Shown piece after piece: positions 37,885-47,146 of a stretch of 64,000 nucleotides of DNA (the stretch's first letter is position 1; each line of letters begins with the position of its first letter). Below the pieces are notes generated by a model that was given only the letters and a program-made list of their open reading frames with translations, searched no databases and was not told the DNA's origin. The position numbers and the translations under genes are program-made. The stretch is taken from positions 1 to 64,000 of the IMG/VR virus record IMGVR_UViG_3300045960_000114. One strand, written 5' to 3'. The stretch comes from a virus.

Positions 37885-38625
37885 ATGAACGACTTGGTTG
37901 ATACGCTGGCCGTACGTTGCGTTCTTACTAAAGAAGCGATGACGGGCGTCGGCGTCGATCAAGACCCCGAGACTCGCCGTCTTCGCAACCTGTTCGACCA
38001 GTCCGTTGCTCGTGAGCAGGCTTTGCGAAGGCATGCGCAGCGTATGCACGACATGGCGCAATCCGCCAGTCAGAGCGAGCCGAATGAGGTTGGCGACATC
38101 ATCGGGGAGTCCGCTGCCCGGCTTCTTCCTATTCCGCGCTCGCTGGGTGAGGCCGCGATCAGAACTCCAATCGTGGGTGCATCGGCGCTTGCCGGCAAGC
38201 AGCTGATGCAGACGCATACCAACTCAGACCTGAAACGATTGTTTTCCGGTAGAGGCAGTTTCAAGTGGGACCGGCCTAATCTTTCGGGGAAGAAGACCAA
38301 TCTTCCGATTCGTGGACTTGTTGGCGGGCTTGCTGGCGCGGCAATAGGATCGGTTGCCACGGGCATTCCTATGGCCATCATGCACGCGATCAAGAAGATG
38401 CAGGGTGGCGAGACGGCTTACGATGCGCGCGAGGTTGCGGAAGAAGTGCAGGGCAGGGCCGAAGCCGAGCAGGCTAAGCGCGAAGAGCTGCTGAATCAGA
38501 TCAAAGCACGCATTCCGCAGCCTGCGGCCAATGCGCCCGTAGGTAAGGCGGCTGAATCGAATACGCAAGCTGAAGCTCTGGTGGACAAGATAAAGAAACG
38601 GGTGGAGGAGCATCAGCATGCTTAA
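37885..38625 (+). CDS. KxA-leader glycine-zipper protein
   Basis: VLTKEA; GLVGGLAGAAIGSVATG. Confidence 0.65.
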   Translation: MNDLVDTLAVRCVLTKEAMTGVGVDQDPETRRLRNLFDQSVAREQALRRHAQRMHDMAQSASQSEPNEVGDIIGESAARLLPIPRSLGEAAIRTPIVGASALAGKQLMQTHTNSDLKRLFSGRGSFKWDRPNLSGKKTNLPIRGLVGGLAGAAIGSVATGIPMAIMHAIKKMQGGETAYDAREVAEEVQGRAEAEQAKREELLNQIKARIPQPAANAPVGKAAESNTQAEALVDKIKKRVEEHQHA

Positions 38626-40075
38626 GATCGTTCTCTCGGGCTCATTTGACTTCGGCATTCCGACGGCGGCGCTGGTTGACGTCCACCGGCGCGGACCTGA
38701 TTCGGTATGGATGCAGAAGCGCGCAGCTGTCTTGACCCGCGAGCTGGAAGGAATTCGCCCGGAGCCCGGCCATTCGCACCTTCATCTGATCTCCATGGGC
38801 GCGATGGAAGCCTACGGGTTCAACAGGAACGGTGACGGCTTTAACGAGAAGACCGGCAGCTTCGAGATTCCGGAGCCGAAAGCCGGCACGCCGAAGATCA
38901 TCAAGCTGGCTGGCGGGCTGATCGACTTCCACCCGACCTTCCTAAAGTACGGCCATGTCTTCAAGCACCACATCAACAAAGACCCGCAGCGCGCGATCGG
39001 CGAGATCAAGGCGGCTGCGTTCAACCCCGAGATGCGGCGCGGCGAGCTGATCATTAAGGTACCGCACGGGCGTGAGTGGGATGACGACCTTCAGAAGCTG
39101 GCCAGCGGCAAGGACATCGCGTTCTCGATGGCCTGCAAGGTGGCCTACGACATCTGCAGCATCTGCGGCAATCGCGCCAAGACCCGGGCTGATTACTGCG
39201 ACCATGCTGCGAACCACATGTCCGCGATCACCAAAGAGGGGCACCAGGTTGGTGTCATCAACGACGCCCCTTCTTTTTTTGATATCAGCAAGGTGATCAA
39301 GCCCGCTGACCGAATCGCCTTCTCGCTGTACAAGGCGGCATCCGCCACTGCAGAGATGAGCGGTGCGGCGCTGGCTGAGGAGATCGGTCTGCTGGAGCCC
39401 AAGATCTACATCCCGTCGACACCGCTATCCTTGCTCTACAAGGAAAAGTTGGCGGCTGTTCGCAAACTGGCTGACATGGAAAAAGAAGTCGAGACCAAAG
39501 CCAGGGGCAGCGACAACAAACACCTGTCTGATCTCGGGGCGGCGACCAAGACGGATGAATGTAGTGAGGAGTTACAGAAACTCAAGGGCTGCCCGCTGGC
39601 GCAGGTTTTGAGTTCGTTGCACGACGCGCGCATCTCCCTGTCGCTCCGGGACTTCTTCAAACTGGTATCGAATGAGTCGATACCGGAGGGGGATCTAGAG
39701 GACGCGGAAGGCATGCTTCCCGGCATGTTCAACCGCATGCTGTCGGATGGCTCGGCGGATGACGACGCGCGTGACTCCGCCTACGACGGCGTTTCAGGTT
39801 CGCTTCCCGAGCCAATCCGCGAGATGATCGAGAAGATGACCGGGTCGCATTCAATGAGTGGGAATCCCGCACGCATGCGCGTGAGGGTGATGATCATACG
39901 TGGGGTGAAACCGAAAGTACGCCAACTCGATACGAAGCAGGCTTCGTGGAATGAGAAAGCAGCGGAACTGGTCAGGGAATATGGCCGGTACCAACTTGCT
40001 TTCGCAGCCCGCGAACGCCAGAAGGACATGCCAAGTAACGAGTTGACAGTGCTCAGGAATTACCTTACATTTTAA
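38618..40075 (+). CDS. Prohead (maturation) protease, HK97/assemblin-like
   Basis: VFKHH..D..AIGEI..A.FN...RGELII, FSMACKV.YD.CSICGN..YCDH; directly upstream of the scaffold and capsid genes. Confidence 0.75.
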   Translation: MLKIVLSGSFDFGIPTAALVDVHRRGPDSVWMQKRAAVLTRELEGIRPEPGHSHLHLISMGAMEAYGFNRNGDGFNEKTGSFEIPEPKAGTPKIIKLAGGLIDFHPTFLKYGHVFKHHINKDPQRAIGEIKAAAFNPEMRRGELIIKVPHGREWDDDLQKLASGKDIAFSMACKVAYDICSICGNRAKTRADYCDHAANHMSAITKEGHQVGVINDAPSFFDISKVIKPADRIAFSLYKAASATAEMSGAALAEEIGLLEPKIYIPSTPLSLLYKEKLAAVRKLADMEKEVETKARGSDNKHLSDLGAATKTDECSEELQKLKGCPLAQVLSSLHDARISLSLRDFFKLVSNESIPEGDLEDAEGMLPGMFNRMLSDGSADDDARDSAYDGVSGSLPEPIREMIEKMTGSHSMSGNPARMRVRVMIIRGVKPKVRQLDTKQASWNEKAAELVREYGRYQLAFAARERQKDMPSNELTVLRNYLTF

Positions 40076-40115
40076 TGCCGGACAACGACCGGCTGGCCTT
40101 ACGGGAGGCAAACCA

Positions 40116-41342
40116 ATGGCTGATAAGAAACTCGGGAACGCGCTGGCCCTTCTGCAGACCTTCATCAAGGAGGCACAGAAGTCTGAACAGATGGCGAAGA
40201 AGGCCACTGACCCCAGCGAGCCCACATCACATCCTGTGATGAAGTCGGAAGACGGAACCCAGAAGGCGCAGGAAGGCGCCAAGGGCACTGAGCTCACCAG
40301 CGACATCCGCAAGGCGTACGGTGAGTCCGGCGTGACCGGCCAGCAGGACGCCGGCAGCGCTCCGAACAACAGTGAGAAGTCCATCGGCGAGATGAAGCCG
40401 TTGGCCTCGGATTCGATGGGCGGTAACGTCCAGCAGCCGAAGGCCACCAAGGACGCGCCTCCTGGCAAAGGTCCCGGTGACAATACCTTCTCGGAGAAGT
40501 ATTCCGAGCTGGCGAGCATCGGCAACCGGTTGCTCGGTTCGCTGAGCACGTTGGTCCAGCAGAAGCAGGCTGCCATGCCGCCGCAGCTTGCCGCCGCGTT
40601 GGGAAAGAAGGAAGCTCCCAAGGAGGCGCCTCACGCTGAGACGAAAGCCGAAGAAAAAAAAGAAGGACCGGCCCACGAGAAGACCGAGGGGCCGAAAGTA
40701 GAACAGGCTGAGCACAAGACGGCTGATGCGAAGATGGCCGCCGCTGAGCAGTATCCCGACGATGCGGCAGCCGGCTACATGGTTGCCCAGTCCCTCCTCG
40801 AAGAACTCAATCAGAACCAGATGCAGCAGAAGCAGGCTGCCGATCAGTTCGAAAACATCATCAAGACCGCACAGGCCGACGCTGAGCTGTACGCGAGTTT
40901 TGTCAGTGGGCTCACCAAGGGCGCAGAGTTCGGTCATTTCGCCCGCACGAAGGCTGCCGAAGGACTTCCGATGTCGGAGGAAGGCAGTGAGGGCGGCGAA
41001 GGCGCTGCGGACGCTGGCGGCATGCCGGAAGGTGCTGGCGGCGGTGGGCTCCCGCCCGAAATCATGGCGCAACTGGCTGGCGGTGGCGGCGGTGCCGGGC
41101 CGGAAGCCGGTAGTGCGGGTGGCGAAGGCGGCGGTGACAATGAAGCCGTCATCGACGAGCTGGCCCAGGCGCTGGATCAGGCTGGTGTGACCCCCGAAGA
41201 ACTGGCGCAGGCGATCGCCCAGTCGCAGGGCGGCGGCGAAGGCGGAGAAGGCGGCGCTGGTGGCCCCCCTCCCGAGATGGCCGGCAAGGCTGCTTCCGCG
41301 AGAGTCAAGATGGCCAATGCTCTGAAGAGCCTGGTGGCCTAA
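40116..41342 (+). CDS. Scaffold / prohead core protein
   Basis: Charged low-complexity sequence with about ten KxA sites; located between the protease and the capsid gene. Confidence 0.6.
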   Translation: MADKKLGNALALLQTFIKEAQKSEQMAKKATDPSEPTSHPVMKSEDGTQKAQEGAKGTELTSDIRKAYGESGVTGQQDAGSAPNNSEKSIGEMKPLASDSMGGNVQQPKATKDAPPGKGPGDNTFSEKYSELASIGNRLLGSLSTLVQQKQAAMPPQLAAALGKKEAPKEAPHAETKAEEKKEGPAHEKTEGPKVEQAEHKTADAKMAAAEQYPDDAAAGYMVAQSLLEELNQNQMQQKQAADQFENIIKTAQADAELYASFVSGLTKGAEFGHFARTKAAEGLPMSEEGSEGGEGAADAGGMPEGAGGGGLPPEIMAQLAGGGGGAGPEAGSAGGEGGGDNEAVIDELAQALDQAGVTPEELAQAIAQSQGGGEGGEGGAGGPPPEMAGKAASARVKMANALKSLVA

Positions 41343-41370
41343 CGAATACCTAAACCTTCTCTGAGGAGGA

Positions 41371-41757
41371 GTGACAACGATGGGCGAGACAAAGATCGAA
41401 AACTTTGAAGTACCGGCACCGGTACTTCAGGACATGATGGCCTTCATCGAGAAGAGTTCGTCTCTGCTCGAAGAGACGGGGCGTGTCCAGGCGGAGATGC
41501 ATCGTCGGGCGCCGGCGCTGGCTGACACGCTCGTCAAGGCGGGTCTGCTGGACGTCAAGTCGCGCGACGCGGCCATCAGCAAGTTGCAGGAACCGCTCCA
41601 AGTCATGGAGAGCCTGCAGAAGACGGCTGAGTACGTGACGCAATCAGTCCCGAGCATGGGTGCTCCGGACACGACACCTCAAGGTTCGGAGAAACCAGCG
41701 TCGGTGAAGGAATCCGACCGGGCGTATTACGCTCGGCTGGGCTTCAACGTAGCGTAA
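41371..41757 (+). CDS. Small helical head/scaffold protein
   Basis: SD GAGGAG; position in the head module. Confidence 0.55.
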   Translation: MTTMGETKIENFEVPAPVLQDMMAFIEKSSSLLEETGRVQAEMHRRAPALADTLVKAGLLDVKSRDAAISKLQEPLQVMESLQKTAEYVTQSVPSMGAPDTTPQGSEKPASVKESDRAYYARLGFNVA

Positions 41758-41815
41758 CTCCGCCGGAGCTAGGGGCTCTGGATTGAAAAAGAATCCTTAA
41801 AGGAGGATCACAAAC

Positions 41816-42337
41816 ATGCCTGGTACCGTAACTCCGGCTCAGATGTTCGACCACACCTTGGATGCGAAGAAGGGCTGGCCTTCTCCGTACGCCCTGGACA
41901 AGTCCAAAGAGATCGCCTCGGGTGAAACTGGGATCCTGTCCGGTATGGTGGTCCACATCGACCCCACGACCGACAAGATCAAGCGGGGCTGCCCGTGGAA
42001 TGCCAACTGGGCCGCGATGCCCATCTTCGCGTTCCCGAACCAGAAGGATTTCGACGTGTCGTCTGACGTCGGAAACATTTCTGGCGGCGTGCTGGTTGGT
42101 CTGGTTGCCACCGGCTCGTACGAGCTGGAATCCACCGAGTACCTCGGTGTCGGCTACAACCCGAACATTCCGCTGACGGTCGAGAACACCCCCGGCGCGG
42201 ATCTGGGCAAGCTGGTCGCCACCACGCTGGGCTCGACCGACCTGATCGTCGGCGTCGTGTCGGACAAGGGTCCGCTCACGAACGAGTACAAGAAGACGTA
42301 CATTCGGTTCTGGCCGGTCTACCTGCCCAGCCACTAG
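41816..42337 (+). CDS. Putative capsid decoration/cement protein
   Basis: 173-aa beta-rich protein immediately before the major capsid protein; strong SD AAGGAGG and highly biased codons. Confidence 0.5.
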   Translation: MPGTVTPAQMFDHTLDAKKGWPSPYALDKSKEIASGETGILSGMVVHIDPTTDKIKRGCPWNANWAAMPIFAFPNQKDFDVSSDVGNISGGVLVGLVATGSYELESTEYLGVGYNPNIPLTVENTPGADLGKLVATTLGSTDLIVGVVSDKGPLTNEYKKTYIRFWPVYLPSH

Positions 42338-42429
42338 GCCGAGGCAGTTGTAGTGCTTGATGCTGTTCGTTCAGGCGGTTAGCTGCCAGTGAGGCAGGCC
42401 GCAAGGGATAACAAAGGGAGGTTCACACC

Positions 42430-43371
42430 ATGGGTACGAGCAACGCTCCTACCACTAAGGCGTTGAACGAGGCAATGCTGTCTCGTCTGACGTCTGACGA
42501 TTGGGGGCTCCGCAAAGAAGCCACCGATGCGATCAACGACTACACCCGCGTGAAGATGCGTGAAGATGGCTTCCTTCGCCGCATCCTCCCGCCGGTGACG
42601 ATCACGAACGACGAGTTCGATCGTCAGGTCGACACCGACAAGCCGGTCAAAGTGATCGACTTGGAACCGGATGCGCCGGAAGCGGTCAGCGTGCCGTTCG
42701 CGGCCCTGACCGTCAATCGGTACATTCGGGCTCCTCGTTACAGGGTCATGTTTGACCGCATCCTGACGCCGAAGTTCACCAAGGACGTCGATGAACTCCG
42801 GACGTACGACATGGACATCCGGCAGATCCTGTCGGACATCTCCATCAAAGACATGCTGGCGACCGAGGACGGCAAGTTCGTTGCCACTCTGAACAGCCTG
42901 CTCCTGGGTGCCAACGTCGTGATCCCCTCCACCGGCGTCGCGCAGTACGTGACAATCGCCGGCGGGATCACCCGCGACACCATGGCGGAAGCCATGAAGG
43001 TCCTGCCCCGCACCCCGTCGCACCTCAACGTGGCCACGGTGCTGATCAACAACGTCAGCATCTGGGACATCGTGAAGTGGGGTCGTGACGAGGTCGGTGG
43101 TGACATGTCCCAGGAGCTCCTGCGGACTGGTTTCGCCGAACGTGAGATCATGGGCGTCCGCATGATCATCACGATCAAGCGCGACCTGGTTCCGGATGGG
43201 ACGGTCTTCCTGTTCGCCGAGCCGAAGTTCATGGGCAAGTTCTTCATCCTCGAAGACACGACCATGTACATCGACCGTCGCGCCTACATGCTCGAGTTCT
43301 TCGCGTACGAGAGCATCGGCGCCTGCGTGGCGAACGTCGCGTCGGTTGGCCGCGTGGACTTCGTGGCCTAA
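42430..43371 (+). CDS. Major capsid protein (HK97 fold)
   Basis: 313 aa with very strong codon bias; REDGFLRRILPP, FDRILTPKFTKDVDELRTY..DIRQ..ATEDGKF, FLFAEPKFMG; follows protease and scaffold genes. Confidence 0.78.
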   Translation: MGTSNAPTTKALNEAMLSRLTSDDWGLRKEATDAINDYTRVKMREDGFLRRILPPVTITNDEFDRQVDTDKPVKVIDLEPDAPEAVSVPFAALTVNRYIRAPRYRVMFDRILTPKFTKDVDELRTYDMDIRQILSDISIKDMLATEDGKFVATLNSLLLGANVVIPSTGVAQYVTIAGGITRDTMAEAMKVLPRTPSHLNVATVLINNVSIWDIVKWGRDEVGGDMSQELLRTGFAEREIMGVRMIITIKRDLVPDGTVFLFAEPKFMGKFFILEDTTMYIDRRAYMLEFFAYESIGACVANVASVGRVDFVA

Positions 43372-43393
43372 GTCTGGTAGGTCTTGCAGAATC

Positions 43394-43429
43394 GGGTGTG
43401 GGTCGCGCACAGCGGCCCACACCCTTCTT
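43394..43429 (+). terminator. Probable intrinsic terminator after the capsid gene
   Basis: 13-bp stem GGGTGTGGGTCGC/GCGGCCCACACCC (one G-U pair), 5-nt loop, then TTCTT. Confidence 0.6.
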
Positions 43430-43444
43430 CCGGGGTAGGTCGCG

Positions 43445-44731
43445 ATGCGAGATTCTCTCTTGGAAAAGGCGGCTAAGGGTGGGGCCGGTGGCCTACTCTC
43501 TTCTCTTTTCCAGGGAAAGTGGACGAAGGGGCTCGGCAGCTCGCTGAAGGAAATGGCGGGCCGGGCCGCGATGCAGGCCGGCACGGGTGCGTTGGTTGGC
43601 GGCGTCGCAAACAAGATTCGCGGTGGAAGTTTCGGGAGTGGTGCGCTTTCTGGTGCGATGGGTGGATTTACCGGAGGTAGCATCGGCTCAGGGTTGGTCA
43701 ACAACCCGAAGAAACAATGGCTTGGCGACGTGATTGGCGGAGCACTTGGTGGCGGAGTTGCTGGCGCCATGGTCCCGCCGGCGATCCAAGCAATGGGAAT
43801 GGAGCCTGGTTCAATGCCTAACCTCGAAGGAACACCTCAAGCTGGTTTTAACAAATACAGCTCTTTCGTTAAACAGGCACTGAAACCGAGACCAGGAGCA
43901 ACGAGCGCCCAAAATCCTGTTGATGCGCTTAAGGGCAAATTGCTTGGTGCGTTGCTTGCACATACAGGTGTTGGTGCGGGTATTGGCGCTTTGAGTGCTG
44001 GTGAAGATCGCCGGTTGGCTGGCGCTGGCCTTGGGGCTTTAGGTGGGTTGGCTGGCGCTGGGTTGGGCGCCGCAGCTGGTGGTATTGGTGGGTTGGGACT
44101 GGGAGCGGCTACCACTGGAAAAGTGGTTAAAGCGCCCCATCGCCCGCCTAAAGGATCTCCGGCTTGGCGTCAACCTAAGGGTACTACGTCGCCCCTTGGG
44201 GCTGGACTACACACGATTGGCAGTGGTGTACTCGGGTCTGCGCTTGGTGGGGTGGCTGGAACTTTAGGAGGCGCATACGTCGGGGGACGCGCGGCGAGAA
44301 AGACTGAAGGATCAAGCAAGCCGACTGAGCCCAAGAAGGAAGAGCCCGCGAAGGAAGCGCCCAAGAAGGAAGCTAAGCCGGAGGCAAAAGAAACTCCGAA
44401 GGAGAAAAAGGCCATGGCAAATGAGGCACTCGAAGTGCTGTTCAATCAGGTCTACCTGCCTGCTTTCCTGGAGAAAGCGGCGGAGCTGAACGTGAACATC
44501 ACGACAGCGGACGAACTGGACAAGGTGCTCGACACCACCGCTCGCGTCAAACAGGCGATGATCGAGGACAAGTCCAACACGTTCACGGAAGTTGCGAACG
44601 CGGCCAAGGGGCTGGCGCAGATTCCGCAGGAGAAGGAAGCCGAAGCGCGGCCTTCTCATTCCGAAGTCAGCCAGATGCTGGCTTCGAATCCCTACATGCT
44701 GCAGATGTTGGGCGCTGCGAAATCCGCTTAA
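43445..44731 (+). CDS. Glycine-zipper protein with nested in-frame C-terminal gene (start 44414)
   Basis: MRDSLLEKAA leader; many GxxxG helices; AAGGAG-N9-ATG at 44414. Confidence 0.65.
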   Translation: MRDSLLEKAAKGGAGGLLSSLFQGKWTKGLGSSLKEMAGRAAMQAGTGALVGGVANKIRGGSFGSGALSGAMGGFTGGSIGSGLVNNPKKQWLGDVIGGALGGGVAGAMVPPAIQAMGMEPGSMPNLEGTPQAGFNKYSSFVKQALKPRPGATSAQNPVDALKGKLLGALLAHTGVGAGIGALSAGEDRRLAGAGLGALGGLAGAGLGAAAGGIGGLGLGAATTGKVVKAPHRPPKGSPAWRQPKGTTSPLGAGLHTIGSGVLGSALGGVAGTLGGAYVGGRAARKTEGSSKPTEPKKEEPAKEAPKKEAKPEAKETPKEKKAMANEALEVLFNQVYLPAFLEKAAELNVNITTADELDKVLDTTARVKQAMIEDKSNTFTEVANAAKGLAQIPQEKEAEARPSHSEVSQMLASNPYMLQMLGAAKSA

Positions 44732-44745
44732 GCGGGAGTTGAAGC

Positions 44746-45222
44746 ATGCCTGGTCAACGAGCCAAAGAAGGCGCGACTTTCATTACCCGTCGCGCTGCCT
44801 ACCGCATCATCACAGCGATTGATGCGTCTGGCGTCATCGACCCGTCCATCCCGATTCTGGACACGCGGGGTGCCGGGCAGTTGACTGTTGGGCTGAGCAA
44901 TGGGGACACCAATCAGTACGGCAAGGACGCGCGTATCCTGATTGCTGCGATCCCCAATGGCTTCACCAACGTCACGCTACAGCTTTGGCTGCATGCGCCA
45001 GATGACCAGTACGAGCTGAAGAGCGTCAATGCTTCGTCCTCGAGCTCGAGTTCGTCACCGCTTCCAGTCACGGAAGACTGGGTGCTGGCTGAACAGAAGA
45101 CGGGCATTGGCGGGCCGGTCCTGTGGGTGGCCAAGGACATCCCCCCAGGCGAGTACAAGATACTCATGACGGCAGCCACAGGCAGTGGCTACCTCACCCT
45201 CAGGGAACAACACGCAGCGTAA
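44746..45222 (+). CDS. Hypothetical virion protein with Ser8 tract
   Basis: 158 aa; SD GGGAG. Confidence 0.6.
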   Translation: MPGQRAKEGATFITRRAAYRIITAIDASGVIDPSIPILDTRGAGQLTVGLSNGDTNQYGKDARILIAAIPNGFTNVTLQLWLHAPDDQYELKSVNASSSSSSSSPLPVTEDWVLAEQKTGIGGPVLWVAKDIPPGEYKILMTAATGSGYLTLREQHAA

Positions 45223-45232
45223 GGAGATAGAC

Positions 45233-45478
45233 ATGCGAACTCTGATCACGAACACGTCTGGCGCGAGCAAGTTCTTCGGCTTCATCCCCCCGCACGGCGC
45301 GCAGCTTGATAACGGCGCCAACGTGGTGGTGGATGGCGACCTGGCTACGGTGCTGGCTGGCGGGCGGAACCGCTACAGCCGAAAGACCGAGCTGCACGCC
45401 ATGAAGACTGCCGTTGCCAACGGCGAGGTCACGGTTGCTGATCTGCCGGATACCTCTTCCAGCAGCAGCTCGATCTAG
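45233..45478 (+). CDS. Small hypothetical protein ending in Ser6-Ile
   Basis: ATG after AAGGAG. Confidence 0.65.
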   Translation: MRTLITNTSGASKFFGFIPPHGAQLDNGANVVVDGDLATVLAGGRNRYSRKTELHAMKTAVANGEVTVADLPDTSSSSSSI

Positions 45479-45521
45479 CTTTTCGCGACGCGGCCAGGTG
45501 TAATGGCCGGTAAGTCGGTTG

Positions 45522-45562
45522 CCGCGCGGCAGAAAACCCCGACTGCCGCGCGGTTTTTCTTT
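45522..45562 (+). terminator. Rho-independent terminator
   Basis: Perfect 11-bp stem CCGCGCGGCAG/CTGCCGCGCGG, 10-nt loop, then TTTTTCTTT. Confidence 0.8.
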
Positions 45563-45588
45563 AGGGGGTGGCGCCAGGGGGTGCGAAC

Positions 45589-46518
45589 ATGGCCTTCGCA
45601 AACGATTGTCTCGATACCATCGGGACATGCCCTGACAACATCCCCTCGCTGTGCACGAGTCAGTCCGTCGAAGAAAGACTCACCCTCAAGCTGTTTGACC
45701 CGTGCAGTCGGCAACCGCTCGACTTGACCATCTACGACATTCCAGAGGGCAGTTCCTCTGGTAGCTCCTCACCGAGTTCCAATCTGTCCTCCAACTTCTC
45801 CTCGTCCAGCTCTGCTGGACCGGTGGTCAAGCACGGCGTCGAGATCGTCACGAAGGAAGCGCCACAGCTGATTCCATATTGGTGTGTCATGGCTGACATG
45901 CCGACAGTAGAGGAATCCAAAGCCGGAATCGTTCATTTTACGCCGCCTGCCGCCATGGTCGAAAAGCCTGGGATTTTCACTGGGATGGCACTCATCTGGG
46001 AGCACGGTGTCGCCAAGAAGCAGTGGCCGTTCTGGCTCGATGTCCGCCCCCGGTTGGACATCTGGAATATCTGGAATCCCGGCTGGCCCATCACGGTCCC
46101 GGAGATCCGGATCGCCATTCGTGACACCTGTCCTGAAGTCAACTTCCTCATCGACAAGGTCGAGTTTGAGACGCACGAGATCATTTGGGCAATCCAACAG
46201 CCGGTGGACAAGTGGAACGCCACGCGCCCGCCGGTAGGCACGTTCACCTACGCGGATTTCCCGTATCGGTATCACTGGCGGTTGGGCGCGGTTGCAGAGC
46301 TGTTGCGCATGGCCGCCATCTGGATGCGGCGCAACGACCTGGATTACAGCGCCGGCGGCCTGCAGATCATGGACACCAAGAAGTGGCCTGATTACCTGCG
46401 GATCTCCGACACGTTGCGCGACGAGTACGATAAGTGGATGATCAACGAGAAGAAGGGGCTCAATCTCGACAATGCCTACGCGAGTTTGGGCGGATACAAG
46501 TACGCGCCGTATCGCTAA
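45589..46518 (+). CDS. Putative head-tail adaptor (neck) protein
   Basis: C-half EIRIAIRD..NFLID..WN...RNDLDYSAGG..D..K resembles large-phage adaptor proteins; position after the capsid module. Confidence 0.5.
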   Translation: MAFANDCLDTIGTCPDNIPSLCTSQSVEERLTLKLFDPCSRQPLDLTIYDIPEGSSSGSSSPSSNLSSNFSSSSSAGPVVKHGVEIVTKEAPQLIPYWCVMADMPTVEESKAGIVHFTPPAAMVEKPGIFTGMALIWEHGVAKKQWPFWLDVRPRLDIWNIWNPGWPITVPEIRIAIRDTCPEVNFLIDKVEFETHEIIWAIQQPVDKWNATRPPVGTFTYADFPYRYHWRLGAVAELLRMAAIWMRRNDLDYSAGGLQIMDTKKWPDYLRISDTLRDEYDKWMINEKKGLNLDNAYASLGGYKYAPYR

Positions 46519-46528
46519 GGGGGCTGGA

Positions 46529-47146
46529 ATGCTTGACCTGTTTTTTGGACAAAGCCGCCTGGCAGAACAGAAGGTTCGCTCGTTTTTGAAGACGGCACAG
46601 GCAGGGCCGCCGCCCGGCGGTCCCCCGCCTGGCCCGCCAGGCGGTATGCCGCCAGGACCCCCAGGCATGCCGCCTGGCCCTCAAGGGCCGCCGCCGCCTC
46701 CGTGGGATCCCATGGCGCCGCCTGGAATGCCGAAGAACCCCCCATCAGCGCAGAAGACACCTGATCAGATTCCTTATGCCCAGCGCGCGCAGTTGCAGGG
46801 CAAGGAGTATGAGATGGACCCGCTGGCCGCCACGCAGGGGCTGGATATCCTGAGCCACGGCGCGAAGCAGAATCCGCAGCGGTTCACGCTGGGCCAGCGG
46901 ATGATGGAACCGCCGGCTGCGGTCGGCAGGCGTATCAAGCGCGCGCTCAGCAACCTGAAGCAGCGGCAGTTCCTGGAAGGGAAGATCAAGCACGACCCCC
47001 GCAAGGGGCGCACGCAGGGTGAGGAAGTCACTAAGGCGCTTTCGGACAAGGCACATGGCGATCTCCTGGGCGGCAGAAGCGACGATGTCGTCAAGTATCT
47101 GGCTAAGAAGCGAGTGGAGTTGGCGCTCAAGTCAGGAGACAAATGA
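46529..47146 (+). CDS. KxA-leader Pro/Gly-rich basic protein
   Basis: FLKTA followed by a PPPGGPPPGPPGGMPPG tract. Confidence 0.6.
   Translation: MLDLFFGQSRLAEQKVRSFLKTAQAGPPPGGPPPGPPGGMPPGPPGMPPGPQGPPPPPWDPMAPPGMPKNPPSAQKTPDQIPYAQRAQLQGKEYEMDPLAATQGLDILSHGAKQNPQRFTLGQRMMEPPAAVGRRIKRALSNLKQRQFLEGKIKHDPRKGRTQGEEVTKALSDKAHGDLLGGRSDDVVKYLAKKRVELALKSGDK

Noticed and set aside
3005-45505. TGTAA-containing words near several intergenic regions as a phage promoter consensus
   Set aside because: Too short, with inconsistent spacing to starts. It cannot be separated from chance without motif statistics.
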